Origin: an uncultured Lentisphaerota bacterium
GTDB lineage: Bacteria; Verrucomicrobiota; Kiritimatiellia; RFP12; UBA1067
Length of the DNA stretch: 64,000 nt
Direction of reading: 5' to 3'
Assembly: GCA_900320225.1 (NCBI GenBank)
Contig: ONRL01000002.1
Location: 3,236-67,235, forward strand
The translations under genes were made by a program, and so were the position numbers. The notes under the pieces were generated by a model. That model was given only the letters and a program-made list of their open reading frames with translations. It had not been told where the DNA came from and ran no database searches. The number at the start of each line of letters is the position of its first letter. The first letter of the stretch is position 1. This document shows positions 57,794-64,000 of this stretch, piece after piece.

Positions 57794-59647
57794 TCAGAAT
57801 GGGATCGTTATCTGGTTTGTGTCCCGCAGCTCCGCGTCTTTTCGTTCGCGGATCATCTGCGGGTCGTTTTTCATCCGCCAAGCCCGCTCGGCATTTGCCA
57901 GTTGCCTATTGATTCGCGTCGGCGTCCAGCCACGCTTCTTCCAGTCGGCTTCCAGCCTAGCCGCCTCCGCTTTCCACTTGTCGTCGATCTTCTTCTTCCC
58001 GATATTGGCTTCTTCCTGGAGCTGCGCCACCTTCTCCATGTCCAGATAGGAGTCGTCGGTTTCCTTCATGTACTGTCTCACCTGCTTCTTTACCGCTTCA
58101 GGCAGATAGTCGAAGTTCCTTATGCGAATCTTGCGCAGGCCAGTATCCTCGTCCTCCGAGTATTCGCCGCCAGCCGCCACGAAACGCGAGCTCGCATCCG
58201 AAGAATCATCGGCGGTCTTGTTCTTGCCATCCAGAGAACCTGTGTCTGCGCCTGCATTTCCAGTGTCGCCAGTGTTTGCATTTTGCTGGCTTGCCGAAGC
58301 CTGTGCCTGCTGCGGGACATAGGCCCATCTCTTCTGCTCCGGAACCCATCCCCATCTGTAAGTCTTGCCGTTGTGTTCAAAGACATCCTTCCCGTCTGGT
58401 GGCGCTACTGGACGATCTTCCGACTGTCCGGAGTTGTTTCCGTCCGCCTCCCCGCTGCCAAAACCGCGACGCCTGTCGCGCTCAGCCTGTAGTGCGTCGT
58501 ACTTCTTTTTCTCGGCCTCAGAAAGTTCTTCGTACTTGCGCCCGTCAAGAAGTTCCATCTGGTCCTGCTTGATGGACGCGTCGATGTCCTTGTTCCACTG
58601 CCGTGTATCGTCCTTCGCCGCACCATTCGCCTCGGCGATGTCGAGGCCGCGCTCCTTCAGCATGGCCGAAACGTCGATGCCGTACTTCTTGAGGACGTTC
58701 GCGGCCTCGGCAAGGTCGCGCCGCGTGTCGGACTTGTCCCGCTGGATCGCCTCGCGGGAGGCGTTGTTCATCGCCGCGATGCGCTCCTTCTCGGACGTGC
58801 CGCGCACGACGCTCTCGATGGACGAGCCGTCCGGGACGGATATGACCTCGCCGGTCTCGCTGTTCTCGTAGCGGCGAACCTGGCGCTGGCCTGACGGGTC
58901 GTTCGGGTCAGGGCCGACCGAAAGCACCTTCCACTGCGCACCGGCGTCGTTCGACTCCATCACCGGCTGGAAACCCGTCTCGGGTCCAGAGTACGAGCGG
59001 AGCGTGTACCCCTTGCCATTCGTGTAGAACATGCTGCCGCCGCGCTTCTCGGGGCCGAGGATGGGCGCGCCGAGCCTCTGCGCCGTGCCGCCGCCCATTG
59101 TCACCGCAGGCCCCGTCGGCGAAGGCGCGTCGGGATCCTCGATGCCGTACTTCGCAAGAGTGTCCGCCGAGTTGCGCCCGCGGAGGACGCCGTAGATTTC
59201 GCGGCGCATGTCGGGCCCCATCTTCGCGCGCTGGAGTACGAGAAGCTGCTGCGCCGGGGACGCCACGGCAAGCGGGGTGAACTGTGCCTGCCCGTCCTGG
59301 CCTTGCGACATGCTGTACAGCATGAAGTTGCCGTTCTTGTCGTAGTTGCCGCCTGCAATCGGAATACCCATTCTCTGCGACGCCTCGCCGAGAATCGCCT
59401 TGGGAATGAAGCCCCTGTTGTTCCTCGCCTGGATCATCAGGGCGCCGAGCGTGGCGTTGCGGCGGTTCGTGGCCTCGGTCTGCGCGGCGTTGTCCCGCGC
59501 CACCAGGTCGTCGAAGTCGGCCATCGTCTGCTTGCCAAGACTTTCGATTCCCGCGTCCTGCGCGTTTTCCTGCTCGCGCTGCTGGTTCTGCATCAGCTTG
59601 TTCCAGTCGTTGTTGTAGTCGCCGGTGAACATCGTTTCCGTAGCCAT
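57794..59647 (-). CDS. Internal-virion/ejection-type protein candidate (617 aa)
   Basis: The track ORF extends to 60160, but that Arg-rich extension overlaps the upstream gene. The true start MATETMFTGDY (cat 59645-59647) follows AGGGAGGTGCCAC. Low-complexity, Gln/Asp/Lys-rich, no family recognised. Confidence 0.6.
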   Translation of the reverse strand: MATETMFTGDYNNDWNKLMQNQQREQENAQDAGIESLGKQTMADFDDLVARDNAAQTEATNRRNATLGALMIQARNNRGFIPKAILGEASQRMGIPIAGGNYDKNGNFMLYSMSQGQDGQAQFTPLAVASPAQQLLVLQRAKMGPDMRREIYGVLRGRNSADTLAKYGIEDPDAPSPTGPAVTMGGGTAQRLGAPILGPEKRGGSMFYTNGKGYTLRSYSGPETGFQPVMESNDAGAQWKVLSVGPDPNDPSGQRQVRRYENSETGEVISVPDGSSIESVVRGTSEKERIAAMNNASREAIQRDKSDTRRDLAEAANVLKKYGIDVSAMLKERGLDIAEANGAAKDDTRQWNKDIDASIKQDQMELLDGRKYEELSEAEKKKYDALQAERDRRRGFGSGEADGNNSGQSEDRPVAPPDGKDVFEHNGKTYRWGWVPEQKRWAYVPQQAQASASQQNANTGDTGNAGADTGSLDGKNKTADDSSDASSRFVAAGGEYSEDEDTGLRKIRIRNFDYLPEAVKKQVRQYMKETDDSYLDMEKVAQLQEEANIGKKKIDDKWKAEAARLEADWKKRGWTPTRINRQLANAERAWRMKNDPQMIRERKDAELRDTNQITIPF

Positions 59648-59664
59648 GTGGCACCTCCCTTTGG

Positions 59665-60762
59665 TTAGTCCGCCTTGCCGTTCGCGCGAGCGAGCCAGTC
59701 GGCGTAGTGGTCCGTGTGGTCGATGATGTTCACTCCGCCGCCGCCACCGCCGCTTGCCTGCGCCCTCGCTACGTTGAGATAGTAGTTGGCCGCCGATTCG
59801 TAGGCGGACTCCAGCGCCTGGTACGCGCTCTGCGTGAGCCGCCCCGCGTCGATCTCCAGCCCGCCGGCGTTGCCGAACAGGTTCCCCGCCGCCGCGAACA
59901 GCTGCCCGACATTGGCGCGGAGCTGACCGGCGTCCTGAAGCAGGGCTCCCTGCTGGGTGACGATCCCCGCGGCGTTCCTCGCCATGTCGCCGGCGTCCTT
60001 GAGCGCGGCCTCGCCCGCCTGCCCCTGCTTGAGGCCCATGTTGTAGAGCGTGTCGGCGGCGCTCGTCATGTCGCCCAGGAATCCCCTCTGCTCCTTCTCG
60101 CCCTTGTCCCACGCAATGGACTTGTTCGCCGCAAGGGCGGTCGCCAGCGCGCGGTTCCACTGCTGCATGAGCGCGGACGAAGCGCCGCTGCCCGGCGAGA
60201 CCCCGCGGCGCGCTAGCTGTCGCTCCTGCTGGGCGAGCGCGTTGTCGTAGGACGCCTGCGTGTCGCTTGCCGCACGGCCCACGTACTTGTCCGGCGATAG
60301 GAGCAAGTAGTGCCCGAGGTATTCCGCCGCAAGCCCGCCTGCGGACGGATCCATAGTGACTAGCGCCCTGCCCTGTCCGAACATGTCCTTCTGCTCGCCG
60401 AGGTACATCTGCGCCAGCTTCGCGAGGTCGTCGCCGTAGCCGCCGAGCTTGTCCTTGTACGGATCGAGTTGCGGGACGAGCGCCGCGAGCGCGTCGGCAT
60501 CCCTGTTGATGGCATTGCCCTGCGTGTTAACGAGCTGCGCCTGCCCACGCATACTGGCCGCGTCGCCGCGTGCCGCACCCGCCGAGCTCTGCGCAGCGCC
60601 GAGTCCTGCGTTCGCCATCGAAATGGCGGCGCTCACATTGCCCAATCCCGCCCTGGCGGTCTCTATTCCCGTGTTTCCGATTCCGCCCGTGCCCGCAGTT
60701 GAGCCGGTGCTGAATGTTGCAAGCAAATCCCTTCTGGGGTTTATTCCGAAGGAGTTTCCCAT
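59665..60762 (-). CDS. Internal-virion/ejection-type protein candidate (365 aa), Ala/Gly/Gln-rich
   Basis: RBS AAAGGAGGGAAAC precedes the ATG. It contains repetitive (A/G)xxQ-type helical sequence and a GGGGGG tract near the C-terminus. Confidence 0.6.
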   Translation of the reverse strand: MGNSFGINPRRDLLATFSTGSTAGTGGIGNTGIETARAGLGNVSAAISMANAGLGAAQSSAGAARGDAASMRGQAQLVNTQGNAINRDADALAALVPQLDPYKDKLGGYGDDLAKLAQMYLGEQKDMFGQGRALVTMDPSAGGLAAEYLGHYLLLSPDKYVGRAASDTQASYDNALAQQERQLARRGVSPGSGASSALMQQWNRALATALAANKSIAWDKGEKEQRGFLGDMTSAADTLYNMGLKQGQAGEAALKDAGDMARNAAGIVTQQGALLQDAGQLRANVGQLFAAAGNLFGNAGGLEIDAGRLTQSAYQALESAYESAANYYLNVARAQASGGGGGGVNIIDHTDHYADWLARANGKAD

Positions 60763-60932
60763 GTTTCCCTCCTTTGCAGCTCAAGCACGGCTTTCTGCGC
60801 TTCCGCGAGCTGCTTACTTAGCGAAAGCACATTTTCGTTCAGTTTCATGAAGGCGTCACGCATGGTCATGTCCGCGATATGGTGATACGGGACGCTCCCG
60901 TGCGGAAGCGGTTTTATGATAATTGTCGTCAT
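60741..60932 (-). CDS. Hypothetical protein (63 aa)
   Basis: ATGA-coupled to the stop of the 989-aa gene. It overlaps the next gene's start by 22 nt. Confidence 0.4.
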   Translation of the reverse strand: MTTIIIKPLPHGSVPYHHIADMTMRDAFMKLNENVLSLSKQLAEAQKAVLELQRRETWETPSE

Positions 60933-63898
60933 ACCACAAGCCCTCCCATTGAAGTGCCCACGAGGAGCGCGTCAACTTCCGAGTCGGCCACGACCTCCAC
61001 CTGCATGTACCGCTCCATGCGCCGTACCGGGAGACGCCGCGCGTCCTGGTCGGCGATGTTGGAGAGCGTGACGTGCGCCGTAGGGCGGGCGTCGGCGTCA
61101 GGCGCGGAGAACATGTCCACCGTAAGGTCAAGAAGCCTGGCAGGGCGGTATCCGCGCGCGTCCACTCGGCAAGCGGACGGGTTGAACGGCTTGGACGCCT
61201 CGTAGGTCTTCGAGCGCCACACCATCGTCTTGTTCTCGTCCGAGCCCTCCCACTCGCAGATGGCGTTGCGGTCGAGAACGAAGCGCGCGTAGTACGCCGT
61301 CTCGCCGTAGACCGTGAAGGTGAAGCTCTCGCTTGTGGAGATGGGTATAAACACGGTCGGATTCTGCGAGTCGTACCAGCCGTCGAACCTGTAGCCGTTG
61401 CGAGCGCGCGCGTGGACGGTGACATCGGAGCCTAACGGAACGCTCGTAAGCGCCGTAGTGGTCTCACCGCCTATGACCGTGTCTCCACTGATCCTCGTTA
61501 TCCACACGTTACCCGAATGCTCTCCGCTGTCGTTCGTGGCGTCCACCGTGACGTCCACTTCGCCGTCCTCCACATAGCGGACAAAGAACACCTTGTTCTC
61601 GTTCGTCAGGATGTCCAGCGCCAAGGCCTGCGAAAGCGGATTTGCCGCGGGATGGTATGTTACGACATTGTTGTTTACTTCCTTGATGGCTTCAAACCAT
61701 CCGTAGAAATAGAGTGTGCCGTCGTTTGTCTCGACGGTGTTCTGCGCGGTGGCGCGCACCGTCTTGGTGCCGACAAAGTGCTCTTCGCAGGTGTTGCCTG
61801 GCTCCTCCTCGGCTTCCGGCTGCGCGCCGCCGCCAAGCTCTGATGCGCTCGCCGCCTGCTGCTCTGCTTCCCCTATAAAGGTTATGAAGTCGTCGCCGAT
61901 GTTCAGCGGGGTGTCCCCTGTCGAACCGCTCAGGGCATGGACCGTTATTTTGCGATCCAATGCGGAGTCCGCCAGTATCGTCGCCGTCGCGGTTACTGCC
62001 GCATCCACGTAGATTGTCCCTTTGGTGCTGAGCGGAAGTATCGTCGCGCCGGACCTCCACGCATCTAGCCCGTAGCCGCCGTCTATCGCCAGTTCGTAGG
62101 CGATGGTCGTGCCGACCACAAGCGTCTCGTTGTACACGCCGCCCGCGCACTCCGTGCCGTCCACGAACAGCGCGGCGTGGTCCGTGCTGTTCAAGGACAG
62201 GCTCACCGCCGCCGCCGCCTTCGCGACGAGGGAGATCGGCGCGGTGACGTTGGATACGGCGTATTCGGCGTTTGACGAAACGAAGTTGTCCTCGGTATCG
62301 TACCACCCTGCGAAAGAGTAGCCCGCGGCGGGAACAGCGGTAAAAGTCACGCTGCCGCCGTATGCCACGCTCGCCGGAGAGACGGAAGAAGATGTTATCG
62401 CGGTCGCGCTCGCTGCGTCCTTCACCGCAGTGCAGGCAAACGTCTGCGTGGACACGACGGGGACGATGACCGTATCGCCCGTCACGACAAGCTCAAAGGT
62501 GCACGGCTCGGACGGCGTGTCGTTCGTGAAGCCGCCCTGGCTCACGCCGTTTACCGATATGCCGCCGCCGTCGAGGAGCTTTCCGGCGCGCGGCGTCGCC
62601 GTCACCGCGACGTGCGTCCCGTAGGTCCAGTACGCGACCTCGCCGATCGTCGTCGCCGCCGCTGGTTCAACCGAGAGGTCCACCACGTCCGCGCCGCCGA
62701 CCTGCGCCGCCGTTATGGTGTGCAGAGTCCGCCACTGCGCGTACAGGGTGACTGTCGCACCGTCCTCCGCCGTGAGGTTGATGACCGTCGCGCCGTCAGC
62801 GTATGCCGTCCCCAAGCCGTCCGCCGCGGTGTTCCAGCCGACGAACAGGCTTCCCGTCTTGGCGTAAGTACAGGCGGGAAGCGAAGCGGAAACGTCGTAT
62901 GTCGCGGAGACGGACTGCATCGCCGCCCCCGTTCCGGTGTTGGCGCCGAACGCGATCGTGTAGGAGTTTGCGGACCACTGCGCGTAGACAGTGGCGTTCG
63001 CGGAGGGATTGATGGTGTCGCCGGCCCCGCCGACACGCGTACCGCCCGACCGCGCCGTGTACCAGCCGAGGAACGTGTAGCCCGTGCGGACAGGAAGGGG
63101 CAGCACCACGGCGGCTTCCACGCCGCCGCTCGCAGAGTCGGGCGAGACCGTGCCGCCATTGGCATCAAAGGTGTATGTGTACAGAATTTCCTCGTACGCT
63201 GCCTCCGCCTCCACGTCCTGCCTATAGCCTGTCTTGACATATAGACACCGATTGTCAGCACCTGCCACATATACGCTGTCGCTGGACGATGTAGACGTGA
63301 CCTTGCTTCCGTTTACATACCATCCCGCAAACCTATATCCGCTCTTCGGCGGCGAAGCCCAGATGGAGCTCTGCGTATTGGCTCCGTGGACATTATAAAC
63401 TATAGCGCTGGTGTTTGAGTAAAAATAATTCGACTCGAATACGAGCGACGTGGTTCCGTAGTCCCACCGCGAAGGCTTAGCGAAAGATATGGTGCCATAA
63501 CTAGGGTTGTTTGTGCTTGCGCTGCGCGTCCAGTAGTCGCACGAGACTTGGCTGGTGCCGAACGTCTGGCTTGTGTTGCTCACGCCGCCATAATAATAGG
63601 AGTCACCGGAAACGGCCGCCCTCTTCCAAACGCCATGTCCGACAAGCGCACTCGCCTGTGCCGCCGTTTGCGGCGACTCGGACGGGCGACCTTCTCCGAT
63701 GTAGAAACATTCGTTTCCCTTTAAATTTGCAAACTGTCCGCCTTCGGCATCGAGGCAGTTCGTTGTAACGTTGTGGCCTGCGCCGTCATTCCAGGTCAGC
63801 GAAGACGGATTCAGGACGTAATCCCAGCGGCAGTACGAAGTATAGCCTGTAGTACCCGTGCGCTGTATAAAAGTGCCGTATACCGTTACGCTCTCCAT
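60929..63898 (-). CDS. Large tail/receptor-binding protein with Listeria-Bacteroides (Flg_new) repeats (989 aa)
   Basis: At least five repeats of the G[YS]xFxGW(Y/N) type, for example TGYTFLGWYTARSGGTRVGGAGDTINPSANATVYAQW and GSLFVGWNTAADGLGTAYADGATVINLTAEDGATVTLYAQW. RBS GGAGGTGAGGTAGG. Confidence 0.7.
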   Translation of the reverse strand: MESVTVYGTFIQRTGTTGYTSYCRWDYVLNPSSLTWNDGAGHNVTTNCLDAEGGQFANLKGNECFYIGEGRPSESPQTAAQASALVGHGVWKRAAVSGDSYYYGGVSNTSQTFGTSQVSCDYWTRSASTNNPSYGTISFAKPSRWDYGTTSLVFESNYFYSNTSAIVYNVHGANTQSSIWASPPKSGYRFAGWYVNGSKVTSTSSSDSVYVAGADNRCLYVKTGYRQDVEAEAAYEEILYTYTFDANGGTVSPDSASGGVEAAVVLPLPVRTGYTFLGWYTARSGGTRVGGAGDTINPSANATVYAQWSANSYTIAFGANTGTGAAMQSVSATYDVSASLPACTYAKTGSLFVGWNTAADGLGTAYADGATVINLTAEDGATVTLYAQWRTLHTITAAQVGGADVVDLSVEPAAATTIGEVAYWTYGTHVAVTATPRAGKLLDGGGISVNGVSQGGFTNDTPSEPCTFELVVTGDTVIVPVVSTQTFACTAVKDAASATAITSSSVSPASVAYGGSVTFTAVPAAGYSFAGWYDTEDNFVSSNAEYAVSNVTAPISLVAKAAAAVSLSLNSTDHAALFVDGTECAGGVYNETLVVGTTIAYELAIDGGYGLDAWRSGATILPLSTKGTIYVDAAVTATATILADSALDRKITVHALSGSTGDTPLNIGDDFITFIGEAEQQAASASELGGGAQPEAEEEPGNTCEEHFVGTKTVRATAQNTVETNDGTLYFYGWFEAIKEVNNNVVTYHPAANPLSQALALDILTNENKVFFVRYVEDGEVDVTVDATNDSGEHSGNVWITRISGDTVIGGETTTALTSVPLGSDVTVHARARNGYRFDGWYDSQNPTVFIPISTSESFTFTVYGETAYYARFVLDRNAICEWEGSDENKTMVWRSKTYEASKPFNPSACRVDARGYRPARLLDLTVDMFSAPDADARPTAHVTLSNIADQDARRLPVRRMERYMQVEVVADSEVDALLVGTSMGGLVV

Positions 63899-63899
63899 C

Positions 63900-64000
63900 C
63901 TACCTCACCTCCCTCACGTAGTACATCCTGTCCTCGGCGTTGTCCGTGCAGAGGCACCGCGCCGCCTCGTCGTGCGTGGTGACGGCTATCGTCGGCCCGT
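63900..64000 (-). CDS. C-terminal 32 codons of an upstream late gene (runs off the window end)
   Basis: Manual translation gives ...GPTIAVTTHDEAARCLCTDNAEDRMYYVREVR, with TAG at 63900-63902. That stop lies 1 nt before the ATG of the 989-aa gene. Confidence 0.45.
   Translation of the reverse strand, partial: GPTIAVTTHDEAARCLCTDNAEDRMYYVREVR

Noticed and set aside
59648-60160. N-terminal 171-codon extension of the track ORF 57794..60160 (788 aa)
   Set aside because: The extension is Arg/Gly-rich and overlaps the well-supported 365-aa gene in another frame. A strong RBS (AGGGAGGTG) precedes the internal ATG at 59647.
1-64000. Diversity-generating retroelement, retron, toxin-antitoxin pair, CRISPR-Cas, phage DNA/RNA polymerase, endolysin
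   Set aside because: I looked for reverse-transcriptase motifs, template/variable repeat pairs near the fibre genes, polymerase motifs and muralytic motifs in all track ORFs and found none I could support. I cannot claim true absence without profile searches.
1-64000. The two truncated end genes being one gene joined across a 64-kb circle
   Set aside because: The reading frames do not match. The codon phase of the gene leaving at position 1 would re-enter at 63999, whereas the open frame at the right end is phased on 63998. The window is also stated to be a slice of a longer sequence.

Overview
This GC-rich window (judged by eye, not computed) is almost entirely one temperate, tailed-phage genome, and it appears to be in the non-integrated (attP) configuration. 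The late, minus-strand arm at 15.2 kb down to 1 carries a putative small terminase, TerL, portal, scaffold, major capsid, small virion proteins and two fibre-like proteins. A repeat-rich non-coding control region of about 0.9 kb (15.2-16.2 kb) separates it from the early arm. The early, plus-strand arm (16.2-43.8 kb) is tightly packed with ATGA/GTGA-coupled genes. These include:
- a stand-alone MutS domain-I protein
- a low-GC insert with an Mrr-type nuclease operon on the opposite strand
- a palindromic-operator switch with several RHH proteins
- a recombination/replication module: an SMC-like ATPase, a Sak4-like ATPase, a DUF669 protein, an intein-containing SF2 helicase, a primase-helicase and RusA
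- a DNA-methylation module with one intact multi-module C5-MTase, one DPPH MTase and several truncated remnants
- an 18-bp-repeat hexapeptide beta-helix gene
- a DUF2829 (Tad2-like) fusion
- a lemA membrane cassette

Next come an AT-rich attP with a tRNA 3'-end fragment and a tyrosine integrase. The remaining late genes (45.3-64 kb, minus strand) comprise a Flg_new-repeat fibre, proteins of 365 and 617 aa, and a 4,142-aa polyvalent protein with ParB-like, Strawberry-notch helicase and HExxH zincin modules.

I recognised no tape measure, tail tube, endolysin, DNA or RNA polymerase, CRISPR array, rRNA or complete tRNA. The many long antisense ORFs in the track are GC-driven shadow ORFs. The host is unknown. 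AAAGGAG-type ribosome-binding sites and Flg_new repeats weakly suggest a high-GC Firmicute.
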